A stretch of 32,000 nt of DNA, from NCBI RefSeq assembly GCF_964019745.1, contig NZ_OZ026462.1:180001-212000 (forward strand). The letters run 5' to 3'. The stretch comes from Candidatus Saccharimonadota bacterium (lineage in GTDB: Bacteria > Pseudomonadota > Gammaproteobacteria > Burkholderiales > Burkholderiaceae). A program made the translations under genes and the position numbers. The notes under the pieces were generated by a model, which saw only the letters and a list, made by a program, of their open reading frames with translations, was not told the origin of the DNA and did not search any database. This document shows, piece after piece, positions 1-9,685 of the stretch; within the stretch, counting starts at the first letter, position 1; every line of letters begins with the position of its first letter.

Positions 1-306
1 CATATTATGTTTTAAATGATTCATAACCCATATTGATCCTAATATAATAATAAATATTATAATGTTAGTAAATATTAATGATAAAATAATCCAACCTTTT
101 TCTGATTTTGAATTCATATGTAAAAAATATATCATATGTATGATAGTTTGTATTATTGCTAATAAAATTAAAATATTAATTATATTTTTTTTTTTAAAAA
201 ATAATATTTTTTTATATAAAACTATAATACTTGAAAAAATTGTTAAAATTATTGATAATGTAAAGCCTATTAAATAATCTTTAAAATTTATTTTAAAATC
301 TAACAT
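1..306 (-). CDS. cyoD: Cytochrome bo3 ubiquinol oxidase subunit IV (CyoD); its 3' end runs off the left edge of the window
   Basis: This gene is not in the ORF track because it has no stop inside the window. My own minus-strand translation from the ATG at 306 gives MLDFKINFKDYLIGFTLSIILTIFSSIIVLYKK...LAIIQTIIHMIYFLHMNSKSEKGWIILSLIFTNIIIFIIILGSIWVMNHLKHNM, 102 codons with no stop. It aligns with E. coli CyoD (YMTGFILSIILT...VHLVCFLHMNTKSDEGWN...VGSIWIMWNLNYNM). The start lies 1 nt after the cyoBC stop. Confidence 0.85.
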   Translation of the reverse strand, partial: MLDFKINFKDYLIGFTLSIILTIFSSIIVLYKKILFFKKKNIINILILLAIIQTIIHMIYFLHMNSKSEKGWIILSLIFTNIIIFIIILGSIWVMNHLKHNM

Positions 307-307
307 T

Positions 308-2932
308 TTATAAGGTTCCTATTAAGTAAATGAAAGTAAAAATATTTATCCAAATAATATCTAAAAAGTGCCAGAACATTGATAAACATGTTAATCTTTG
401 TTTATTTTTTTGTATCCCAAATTTTTTAATTTGAATTATTAATGTTAATATCCAAATAATACCAAAAATTATATGTATTCCATGAATTATAATAATAGTA
501 AAAAATGATGTTAAAAATGCACTTTTTTGTGGTATAGCTCCTATTTTTATAAGTTTAAATATTTCATATGTTTCTAAACTTAAAAAAAGTATTCCTAATA
601 TTGATGTAGTTTTTAACCAAAAAATTATGTTTTTAATATTATTTTTATTACTTTCAATCATAGATAAACCATATGTTAAAGAAGAAGTTAATAATATTAA
701 TGTATTACATGTAACAAATTTTAAATTAAATAATTTATGCTTATTAAATATATTATGAGAATTATTTTTTAATATTGCATATGCAATAAATAAACAAGCA
801 AAAATAATACAATCACTCATAATATATAACCAAAATCCTAATAATGTTCCATCATTTTCAGAATGTTGTGTTTTAATATTATATAATTTATTTAAAAAAA
901 TATTTTTTTTAAAATTTATATTTTTTTTATTTTTTTTAAATTTATTTTCAATTTTAAAAATTTCTTTTGAATTTAAAATATAACTGTTTTTATAATTAAA
1001 AGAATATTTAATAATAATTATTAAATTAATTATAAATCCTATTATAGATAATATCCACATATTCCAAATTATACAAAATCCTATAAATGTACAAATAATA
1101 GAAATTATAAATCCTAATGAAGTTTTTTTAGGCATATGAATTGAATGATAATTTTTGTAATTTATATTTTTTTTTTGATTATTTTTTTTATTTTTTTTTT
1201 TTATATATATCCATATATCTTTTTTATTAATTTTAGGTATAAATGCAAAATTATATTTAGGTGGAGGTGAAATTGTTGACCATTCTAATGTTCTACCATT
1301 CCATGGATCACCTGTAAAATCTTTTAATAAATTTCTTTTTTTATAACTTACAAATAATTGTATTATAAAACAAATTATTCCTAATAATATTATTATTGCT
1401 CCTAAAGCTGCTATTAAAAACCATTTTTTTTTTGAATAATCATCGAAATGACTTATTCTTCTTGTAACTCCCATTAATCCTAAAATATATAATGGTGTAA
1501 ATGCTATATAAAATCCTATTAACCATAACCAAAAACTACAACGTCCCCAAAATTTATCTAATTTATAACCAAAAGCTTTAGGAAACCAATAATTAATACC
1601 AGCAAACATACCAAAAACTACACCACCTATAATTACATTATGAAAATGTGCTACTAAAAATAAACTATTATGTAAACTAAAATCTATTGGGGGTATTGAT
1701 AAAAGTATTCCTGCCATTCCACCTATTACAAATGTTGTCATAAATCCTATAGTCCATAACATAGGATTTTCAAATTTTATTTTACCTTTATACATTGTAA
1801 AAAGCCAATTAAATATTTTAGCACCAGTAGGAATTGATATAATCATAGTTGTTATTCCAAAAAAAGCATTTAAATTAGCACCAGAACCCATAGTAAAAAA
1901 ATGATGTAACCAAACTATATAAGATAAAATTGTTATTGATATAGTAGCATATACCATTGATTTATAACCAAATAAACTTTTACCACAAAATGTTGCAGTA
2001 ACTTCTGAAAAAATTCCAAAAGCTGGTAAAATTAAAATATAAACTTCAGGATGTCCCCAAATCCAAATTAAATTTATATACATCATTGGATTACCGCCAA
2101 AATTAGTAGTAAAAAAATTTGATCCTGTTATTCTATCTATTGCTAACATTCCTAAAACAGTTGTTAAAACTGGAAAAGATACTATAATTAAAATATTAGT
2201 ACATAATGAAGTCCAAGTAAAAATTGGCATTTTCATTAATTTCATTCCAGGGGCACGCATTTTTATTATTGTTACTAGTAAATTTATTGCAGATAATAAA
2301 GTTCCTATTCCTGCTATTTGTAAAGACCAAATATAATAATCTACTCCTACGTCTGGGCTATTTATTATCCCAGATAATGGAGGGTAAGCCATCCATCCAG
2401 TTTTGGCAAATTCTCCTATAAATAATGATATCATAACTAAAATTGCTCCAGATGTTGTCATCCAAAAACTTAAATTATTTAAGAATGGAAAGGCTACATC
2501 TCTTGCTCCAATTTGTAGTGGTATTATAAAATTCATTATTCCTGTTACTAAAGGCATTGCTACAAAAAATATCATTATTACTCCATGAGCGGTAAATATT
2601 TGATCGTAATGATGAGGAGGTAAAAAACCATGATTTTTTCCAAAAGATAAAGCTTGTTGTGCCCTCATCATTAATGCATCTGTAAAACCTCTTAAAAGCA
2701 TAATAATTCCTAATATAATATACATTATACCTATTTTTTTGTGATCTGTAGTAATAATCCATTTATTCCAAATTGTTTTCCATAATTTAAAATATGTAAT
2801 ATTTATTAATAAAATAACGATTATTAAAAATATTATTATAAAAGTTGTTAATAAAATTGGATCTTTGTATTGTAATGCATTTAATGTAAGTTTTCCAAAA
2901 ATTTTATTAAAAAAAATATTTTTTAACAACAT
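308..2932 (-). CDS. cyoBC: Cytochrome bo3 ubiquinol oxidase subunit I fused in frame to subunit III (CyoB-CyoC fusion, 874 aa)
   Basis: Residues 1 to about 665 align along their whole length with E. coli CyoB ([83 protein letters not shown] versus EIEKLENQHF). Residues about 696-874 align with CyoC ([39 protein letters not shown]). No stop or Met separates the two parts. Confidence 0.95.
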   Translation of the reverse strand: MLLKNIFFNKIFGKLTLNALQYKDPILLTTFIIIFLIIVILLINITYFKLWKTIWNKWIITTDHKKIGIMYIILGIIMLLRGFTDALMMRAQQALSFGKNHGFLPPHHYDQIFTAHGVIMIFFVAMPLVTGIMNFIIPLQIGARDVAFPFLNNLSFWMTTSGAILVMISLFIGEFAKTGWMAYPPLSGIINSPDVGVDYYIWSLQIAGIGTLLSAINLLVTIIKMRAPGMKLMKMPIFTWTSLCTNILIIVSFPVLTTVLGMLAIDRITGSNFFTTNFGGNPMMYINLIWIWGHPEVYILILPAFGIFSEVTATFCGKSLFGYKSMVYATISITILSYIVWLHHFFTMGSGANLNAFFGITTMIISIPTGAKIFNWLFTMYKGKIKFENPMLWTIGFMTTFVIGGMAGILLSIPPIDFSLHNSLFLVAHFHNVIIGGVVFGMFAGINYWFPKAFGYKLDKFWGRCSFWLWLIGFYIAFTPLYILGLMGVTRRISHFDDYSKKKWFLIAALGAIIILLGIICFIIQLFVSYKKRNLLKDFTGDPWNGRTLEWSTISPPPKYNFAFIPKINKKDIWIYIKKKNKKNNQKKNINYKNYHSIHMPKKTSLGFIISIICTFIGFCIIWNMWILSIIGFIINLIIIIKYSFNYKNSYILNSKEIFKIENKFKKNKKNINFKKNIFLNKLYNIKTQHSENDGTLLGFWLYIMSDCIIFACLFIAYAILKNNSHNIFNKHKLFNLKFVTCNTLILLTSSLTYGLSMIESNKNNIKNIIFWLKTTSILGILFLSLETYEIFKLIKIGAIPQKSAFLTSFFTIIIIHGIHIIFGIIWILTLIIQIKKFGIQKNKQRLTCLSMFWHFLDIIWINIFTFIYLIGTL

Positions 2933-2933
2933 A

Positions 2934-3797
2934 TTATTTTTTTTTAAAAGTTTTAATATTATTAATATTATTTATTTTGCCTTTTAATGTTAAAGGAAAA
3001 ATATTTTTATCTATTTTAGAATAATAGTGTATAGGTTCTTTAATACTTTTTTTTATTAATTTTTTATAAGAATTAAGATTTAAATTTGAATTTTTATTAT
3101 TTTTTTTAATATTATTAATCCAATTTTTAAATTTTTCTTTATTTACTCCTTTAAATTTAAATCTCATATCTGAAAAACCTTCTCCACTGTAATTTGAAGA
3201 AAATCCTTCAGAATTACTAATTTTATTAATTACAGCATGTAATTTAGTTTGCATATTAGGCATAGCATAAATTTGTCCTGCTAATGTTGGAATAAAAAAT
3301 GAATTCATATTAGAAAGAGAAGTTATTTTAAATTCTATAGGTTTATTAATAGGTATAACTAATTTATTTACTGAAGCTATTTTTTGTTTAGGATATATAA
3401 ATAGCCATTTCCAGTCTAAAGCTATTACATTTATTTTTAAATATTTAATATGATTAGAAATAAAATGATTTTTATCTATTCTAGAAAGTTTTTTATATGG
3501 ATCAAGTTTATGAGTATTTTTCCAAGAAAGTGTTCCTAAGATTAATATCATTATTAAAGGTACTCCCCAAATTATTAATTCTAATTTTATAGATTTATTC
3601 CAATTTGGTTTATATTCTGAATTTGAGTTATATCGATATTTCCAAGCAAAAAATAAACTAAGTATTATTACTGGAATCATTATTATTGATAATAATGATA
3701 TTGATATTAAAAATAATTTTGATTGTTGTATTGCTATATCCCCATTGGGATTTAATACTAAAAATTTTTTTTTATTTATAAAATTTGTATTTAACAT
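2934..3797 (-). CDS. cyoA: Cytochrome bo3 ubiquinol oxidase subunit II (CyoA)
   Basis: Matches E. coli CyoA at [47 protein letters not shown] and [12 protein letters not shown]. Its stop is 1 nt from the cyoB start, giving the operon order cyoA-B(C)-D. Confidence 0.92.
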   Translation of the reverse strand: MLNTNFINKKKFLVLNPNGDIAIQQSKLFLISISLLSIIMIPVIILSLFFAWKYRYNSNSEYKPNWNKSIKLELIIWGVPLIMILILGTLSWKNTHKLDPYKKLSRIDKNHFISNHIKYLKINVIALDWKWLFIYPKQKIASVNKLVIPINKPIEFKITSLSNMNSFFIPTLAGQIYAMPNMQTKLHAVINKISNSEGFSSNYSGEGFSDMRFKFKGVNKEKFKNWINNIKKNNKNSNLNLNSYKKLIKKSIKEPIHYYSKIDKNIFPLTLKGKINNINNIKTFKKK

Positions 3798-4630
3798 TAA
3801 TAAATTTTTTTTATAATGATAAAAATATAAATTTATTATTTTTTTTTTTAAAAAAAAAATAATAAATTTATTAAATTTTTATTATATAATATATATATTA
3901 TTAATAATTTTTTATATATTTTAAATATAATATAATATAATATTAACATATATATTTTATTTATTTAAAATTTTTTAATTTTTTTAAAATAATATAAATT
4001 ATGTTTATAATTAATATAATTATAAATTTTTTTAGGGTTATTGTATATTTTAAAAAAAATTTTTAGAAATTATTGATATTTTAATAAAAATTAATAGTTA
4101 ATATTTTTTATTTTGTTAATTTTATTTTTATTTGTATTACAAAATATAAAATATTTATTAAAAAAATATTTAGAATTTAAAAAAAATAAATATTGAAGTT
4201 TATGAAATATTGATTAATATTTATAATGTTAATAAAATTTAGTATAATATTTTTAATATTAAAAAAAAATTAATATTTTTTATTAAGTGATTTAGTATAA
4301 ATTTTATTTTATAATTTTGATGTATTTATTAAGAATTTTGATTTATTTTTAAAAAAATTTTTATTATTAATTTAAAAGTAAAATTATAAAAGTTGTAGAA
4401 ATTAATAATAATAATTTTAGTTGTAATGTTTTTAAATTATTAAAAAAATTTAAATTTATTTAATATATAAAAAATAATTTTGTAAAAGTTTTTTTTGCAA
4501 ATTAAAATGATAATTTTAAAATGTTAAAACTATCTTTATAATTAATAAAAAAAATTTAATTTTAAATATTTTTAAAATTATATTTAAAAAAAATATAGTT
4601 TTTAAAAATATTATTATTTAATTAATATAT
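3798..4630. other. Non-coding A+T spacer of 833 bp between the divergent cyoA and uvrD genes
   Basis: The track shows no ORF here and I see no tRNA-like GC island. By hand count there are about 39 G and 5 C in 833 nt. It presumably holds the divergent promoters, but none can be singled out in this composition. Confidence 0.7.
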
Positions 4631-6604
4631 TTGAAAATGAATAAAAATATTTTTTATAATCTTAATAATAAACAATATTTAGCAGTTACTTATCCTTTAA
4701 AATCAGTTTTAATTTTAGCAGGTGCTGGTTCTGGTAAAACACATGTTTTAATAAATAGAATTGTTTGGTTAATTAAATTTAAAAATGTATTATTTTCTCA
4801 AATTTTAGCTGTTACTTTTACAAATAAAGCTGCTAATGAAATTATTTTAAGATTATCAAAAATATTTTTAAATTTTTCAAATATTAATAATAATATTTGG
4901 ATTGGTACTTTTCATTCTATATGTAATAAATTATTACGTATACATTATAAAAAAGTTAATTTACCTTATTATTTTAGAATAATAGATTTTAATGATCAAT
5001 TATCATTAATTGGTTCTTTAATTAAAGAACTTAAATTAGATAAAAATATATATTCTAAAAAAAAAATAATTTATATATTTAATAAATTTAAAGATAAAGG
5101 TATAAGATATATTAATTTAAAAAAAAAAATGTATGATACTAATATAATTTTATTATATAAATTATATGAAAAACAATGTGAAATAAATGGAGTAGTAGAT
5201 TTTTCTGAATTATTATTACGTGTTTATGAATTTTTTTTAAAAGAAAAAAAAATTTTAAAAAAATATAAAAAAATATTTAAATATATTTTTATTGATGAAT
5301 TTCAAGATACTAATTTATTACAATATAAATTACTTAAATTATTAGGTAATAAAAAAAATGTTATTTTTGCCGTTGGAGATGATGATCAAAATATTTTTAC
5401 TTTTAGAGGTTCAAATATTAATAATATGTTATTATTTAAAAAAGATTTTAATATATTAAAAATAATAAAATTAGAACAAAATTATAGATCTTATAAATAT
5501 ATTTTAAATGCTGCAAATTATATTATATCTAATAATAAAAATAGGTTAGAAAAAAAATTATTTACTAATTTAAATTTAGGTGAAAAAATAGTTATTTTTG
5601 AATCTTATAATGAATTTCAAGAAGTACAATGGGTTATTAAAAAAATAAAAAAAATTTGTAAAAAAAATAAAATTAATAATAATATTGCTATTTTATATAG
5701 ATTAAATTTTCAATCTCGTTTATTAGAAAATAATTTTTTTTTAGAAAAAATACCATATAAAATATATGGTAAATATAATTTTTTAAAAAAAAAAGAAATT
5801 CAAAAAGCAATTTTTTATTTAAAATTAATAAATAATATTCATGATAATTTATCTTTTTTAGAAGTTGTTAATTTTCCTCCTAGAGGAATAGGTTTAAAAA
5901 CTTTAAAAAAATTAAAATTTTTATCTAATAATTATAATTGTTCTTTATATTCATCAGTTTTTTATATTGAAAATAAAAAAAGAAAATCTTCATTAGCTTT
6001 AATAAATTTTATTAAATTAATTAATATGATTTGTAATAAAATTAAACAACTTTCTTTTAAAAAAAGTATAATATTTATACTAGAAAGTAGTGGTATAATT
6101 TATTTTTATAAAAATTTTAAAAAAAAAATATTTTCTTTAGATAATTTAAATCAATTAATTAATTTAACAAATTATTTTTTACTTAATTATTTTAATTATT
6201 TTATAAAAAATAAAAAAAATATAATAAATATTTTGTTATCTAATTTTCTTTCTTATATTTTAATAGAAAATGAAAATTATTATTTTAATGATAAAAAAAA
6301 AAAAAAAATACAATTAATGACTATACATTCTTCTAAAGGTTTAGAATTTGATGTAATTTTTATTATAGGTTTAGAAGAAGGGATATTTCCATCTTATAAA
6401 GGAGATTATAAAAAAAAAAGTTTTATAGAAGAAGAACGTAGACTTATGTATGTTGCAATAACTAGAGCAAAAAAAAAATTATATATTAGTTTTAATAATT
6501 GTCGCACTTTTTTAGGAAATAAAATTTATAATAAAAAATCTAGATTTATTAATGAATTGCCAAATTTTTTAGTAAAGAAAATTTCTTATAAAAATATAAA
6601 ATAA
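4631..6604 (+). CDS. uvrD: UvrD/Rep-family superfamily 1 DNA helicase (DNA helicase II-like)
   Basis: Collinear with E. coli UvrD: LAGAGSGKT (motif I), AVTFTNKAANE, GTFHS, IDEFQDTN, VGDDDQNIF, LEQNYRS, TIHSSKGLEF, EERRLMYVAITRA and SRFINELP. The track starts at TTG 4631; ATG 4637 is an equally plausible start. At 657 aa it lacks the E. coli C-terminal tail. Confidence 0.9.
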   Translation: MKMNKNIFYNLNNKQYLAVTYPLKSVLILAGAGSGKTHVLINRIVWLIKFKNVLFSQILAVTFTNKAANEIILRLSKIFLNFSNINNNIWIGTFHSICNKLLRIHYKKVNLPYYFRIIDFNDQLSLIGSLIKELKLDKNIYSKKKIIYIFNKFKDKGIRYINLKKKMYDTNIILLYKLYEKQCEINGVVDFSELLLRVYEFFLKEKKILKKYKKIFKYIFIDEFQDTNLLQYKLLKLLGNKKNVIFAVGDDDQNIFTFRGSNINNMLLFKKDFNILKIIKLEQNYRSYKYILNAANYIISNNKNRLEKKLFTNLNLGEKIVIFESYNEFQEVQWVIKKIKKICKKNKINNNIAILYRLNFQSRLLENNFFLEKIPYKIYGKYNFLKKKEIQKAIFYLKLINNIHDNLSFLEVVNFPPRGIGLKTLKKLKFLSNNYNCSLYSSVFYIENKKRKSSLALINFIKLINMICNKIKQLSFKKSIIFILESSGIIYFYKNFKKKIFSLDNLNQLINLTNYFLLNYFNYFIKNKKNIINILLSNFLSYILIENENYYFNDKKKKKIQLMTIHSSKGLEFDVIFIIGLEEGIFPSYKGDYKKKSFIEEERRLMYVAITRAKKKLYISFNNCRTFLGNKIYNKKSRFINELPNFLVKKISYKNIK

Positions 6605-6609
6605 AAAAA

Positions 6610-9498
6610 TTATTTTTTATATAAATTATATGGATATTGTAAAAAACAAAATCCTAGTACTTTTTTTTCTTTTTTTATTATTTTTTTTATATCCCAAGTT
6701 ATTTTTTTTTTATAAGGAAAAAAATTTTTAAAATTTTTTTTATTTTCAAATAAATTTAATTGATTAATAAATTTTTTATTTTTTTCTGCATGAAGTATTA
6801 TTTTATTTATTGATGTATACATAATAGGTCTACTAATTTTAAAACAATCAAATGCTCCTGAAGTAATAAATGCTTTTAATGTTTTTTTATTTATATATAT
6901 TTTATTTATTCTTTCTATAAAATTTAAAAAATTTTTAAATATTCCTTTTTTTCTTTCATTAATTATATTTTTTATTATATTTTTTCCTAATCCTTTAATA
7001 GCACATAATCCAAAACTAATAGTATCTTTTTTTATTGGTTTGAAATTATGAAATGAAAAATTAATATTAGGTGGTAAAATTTTTATTTTACATGTATATA
7101 TTGAATCTTTAATTAAAATTTTTATTTTTTTTGTTTCATTCATAGCTAATGATAAATTAGCAGCCATAAAATATATAGTGTAATTTGTTTTTAAATATGC
7201 TGTATAATAACTTATTAATGCATAAGCCGTAGCATGTGCTTTATTAAATCCATATCCTGAAAATTTTTCTATTAAATTAAAAATTTTATTTGATTTTTTA
7301 ATAGATAATCCATTTTTTATTGCTCCTTTTATAAAAGTTTTTTTTTGTTTTAACATTTTTATTTTATTTTTACTACTCATTATTCTTTGTAAAAGATCTG
7401 CCTTTTTTAATGAATATCCTGCAATTATTTGAGCAATTTTCATAATTTGTTCTTGATAAATCATTATTCCATAAGTTTCTAATAAAATATTTTTTATTCT
7501 TTTATCTATAAAAGAGAAATTTTCTCCATGTTTTCTTTTGCAAAAAATTTCTATTAATTCTATTGGTCCTGGTCTATATAAAGATATTATGATAATAATA
7601 TCTTTAAATTTATCTGGTAATATATTTTTTAACATTTTTTGCATTCCTAAACTTTCTAATTGAAAAACAGCTATAGTTTTTGCTTGTGATAATAATTTAA
7701 AAGTTTTTTTATTATTTAAAGGAATATTATTTATACTTAATTTTTTTTTAATTTTAAATTGTTTTTTAATATTTGATAATGTTTTTTCAATTATTGTTAA
7801 AGTAGTTAAACCTAAAAAATCAAATTTAATTAATCCAATTTTTTTAATATCTTCTTTATCATATTGTGAAATAATTATTGAATTTTTTTCTTGAAAATAT
7901 AATGGACAAAAATTAGTTATTTTTTTAGGTGATATTATAATACCCCCAGCATGTGTACTAATATTTTTTATTATTCCTTCTAATTTTTGTGCAAAAAATA
8001 TTAATTTTTTAATTTCTTTATTACTTTCAATTTTTTTTTTAAAATTTTGTTCTTTTTTTATATATTCAGCAATAGTAAATAATTTATTTTGTTTGAAAGG
8101 TATTAATTTTACTAAATTATCACAAAAACTATAATTTAAACCTAAAATTCTCCCTACATCTCTTATAACTCCTCTAGCAGCCATTGTACCAAATGTTGCA
8201 ATTTGTACTACAGATTTTACCCCGTATTTATTTTTAATATATTTAATTACGATATCACGTTTTTTTTGACAAAAATCTATATCAAAATCAGGTATTGAAG
8301 TTCTTTCTTCGTTTAAAAATCTTTCAAATAATAAATTATATTTTATAGGATCTACATTAGTAATATTTAAAGAGAAAGCTACTAAAGAACTTGTACCTGA
8401 ACCTCTTCCTGGGCCAACGGGTATATTATTTTTTTTAGACCAATTAATAAAATCAGCAACTATTAAAAAATAATTAGAAAAATTCATTTTAATAATTGTA
8501 TTAATTTCATAATTTATTCTTTTAAAGTATTTTTTAATAGTTTCAATTTTATTTTTTTTTTTAGATAAAATTATTTTTAATTTTTTTTTTAAACCCTGTT
8601 TTGTTTTTATTTTAAAAAAAATATTATTTATAATATTTTTTTTTTTAAAAAATTTAGGTAATTTAACTTTTCCTAATTTAAATGAAAAATTACATTTTTT
8701 TGCTATTTCGATAGTATTTAATATAGCTTCTGGTATATCTTTAAATAATAAACACATTTCTTTTTTTGTTTTAAAATATTGTTCTTTAGTAAATTTTTTT
8801 TTTCTTTTTTTATCTTTTAATAATTTATTTTCAGATATACAAGTACGTATTTCATGTATTAAAAAATCTTTTTTTTTTTGAAATTGTATTGGTTGAGTTG
8901 CAACTATAGGAATATTTAATTTATTTGCAATTTCTAAAGATTTTAAAATTTGTAATTCCATATTTGGTTGTTTAATTCTTTGTATTTCTATATAAAAATT
9001 TTTTTTAAAAATTTTTTTCCAATTTTTTGCTTGTTGTTTAGCTTTTATAAAATTTCCATTGTTAATAGATTTTCCAATATTTCCTAAATGTGCTCCAGAT
9101 AAAATAATTAAATCATTATTATTTTTTTTAAAAATTTTTTTAATCCATTTAAATTTAATAATAGCTTTATTATTTTTAATATTTTTAATCCAAGCTTTAG
9201 ACAATAAATTACAAATATGTAAATATCCATTATAATTTTTAATTAAAAATAATAATCTTGATGATTTATTATTATTTTTATTTGATATTAATATATCACA
9301 ACCAATAATTGGTTTTATTCCTAGTTTTCTTGCTTTTTTATAAAATTTTATTGATCCAAAGATATTTAAAAAATCTGTTATAGCTATTGATGGTTGTTTA
9401 TCTTTTTTAACTTTTTCTAAAATTTTATTAATTTTTATTGTACTATCGTTAATTGAAAATTCTGTATGTAGTCTTAAATGTATAAAATTATTATTCAT
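6610..9498 (-). CDS. dnaE: DNA polymerase III alpha subunit (DnaE), C-terminally short (962 aa)
   Basis: The N-terminal PHP domain (FIHLRLHTEFSINDS), GPGRGSGTSSLVAFSLNITNVDP, PDFDIDF, FDFLGLTTLT, YRPGP and FNKAHATAYA are all present. A clamp-binding-like QLNLF motif sits near the end, and the protein stops at ...EKKVLGFCFLQYPYNLYKK. Confidence 0.95.
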   Translation of the reverse strand: MNNNFIHLRLHTEFSINDSTIKINKILEKVKKDKQPSIAITDFLNIFGSIKFYKKARKLGIKPIIGCDILISNKNNNKSSRLLFLIKNYNGYLHICNLLSKAWIKNIKNNKAIIKFKWIKKIFKKNNNDLIILSGAHLGNIGKSINNGNFIKAKQQAKNWKKIFKKNFYIEIQRIKQPNMELQILKSLEIANKLNIPIVATQPIQFQKKKDFLIHEIRTCISENKLLKDKKRKKKFTKEQYFKTKKEMCLLFKDIPEAILNTIEIAKKCNFSFKLGKVKLPKFFKKKNIINNIFFKIKTKQGLKKKLKIILSKKKNKIETIKKYFKRINYEINTIIKMNFSNYFLIVADFINWSKKNNIPVGPGRGSGTSSLVAFSLNITNVDPIKYNLLFERFLNEERTSIPDFDIDFCQKKRDIVIKYIKNKYGVKSVVQIATFGTMAARGVIRDVGRILGLNYSFCDNLVKLIPFKQNKLFTIAEYIKKEQNFKKKIESNKEIKKLIFFAQKLEGIIKNISTHAGGIIISPKKITNFCPLYFQEKNSIIISQYDKEDIKKIGLIKFDFLGLTTLTIIEKTLSNIKKQFKIKKKLSINNIPLNNKKTFKLLSQAKTIAVFQLESLGMQKMLKNILPDKFKDIIIIISLYRPGPIELIEIFCKRKHGENFSFIDKRIKNILLETYGIMIYQEQIMKIAQIIAGYSLKKADLLQRIMSSKNKIKMLKQKKTFIKGAIKNGLSIKKSNKIFNLIEKFSGYGFNKAHATAYALISYYTAYLKTNYTIYFMAANLSLAMNETKKIKILIKDSIYTCKIKILPPNINFSFHNFKPIKKDTISFGLCAIKGLGKNIIKNIINERKKGIFKNFLNFIERINKIYINKKTLKAFITSGAFDCFKISRPIMYTSINKIILHAEKNKKFINQLNLFENKKNFKNFFPYKKKITWDIKKIIKKEKKVLGFCFLQYPYNLYKK

Positions 9499-9685
9499 AA
9501 TATTTTTATGTTTTATAATATATATTAAATTTTATGTTTTTTATAAAAATTAAAAAATTTTTGTAATATTTTATATTAAAATATTAATTATTTTTTTTTA
9601 TAAAAATAAAAAATATTAATTTAATTTTTTAAAATTATTTATAATTAAAATAATAGTTTTTATTATTGTAAATAAAAAAGATTTT

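Noticed and set aside
62-277. Track ORF of 71 aa on the plus strand
   Set aside because: It lies entirely antisense to the well-supported cyoD reading frame (1-306, minus) and has a low-complexity I/K/F composition, so it is a spurious AT-rich ORF.
2224-2762. Three short track ORFs (2224-2421 +, 2403-2588 +, 2475-2762 -) inside cyoB
   Set aside because: All three overlap the strongly conserved CyoB frame, show no recognisable motifs, and have compositions typical of off-frame translation.
3798-4630. Replication origin (oriC) in the AT-rich spacers
   Set aside because: I found no DnaA-box-like 9-mers (TTATCCACA or its complement) in either spacer. Both spacers show the same sign of G/C asymmetry, so there is no skew switch between them, and AT-richness alone is uninformative here.
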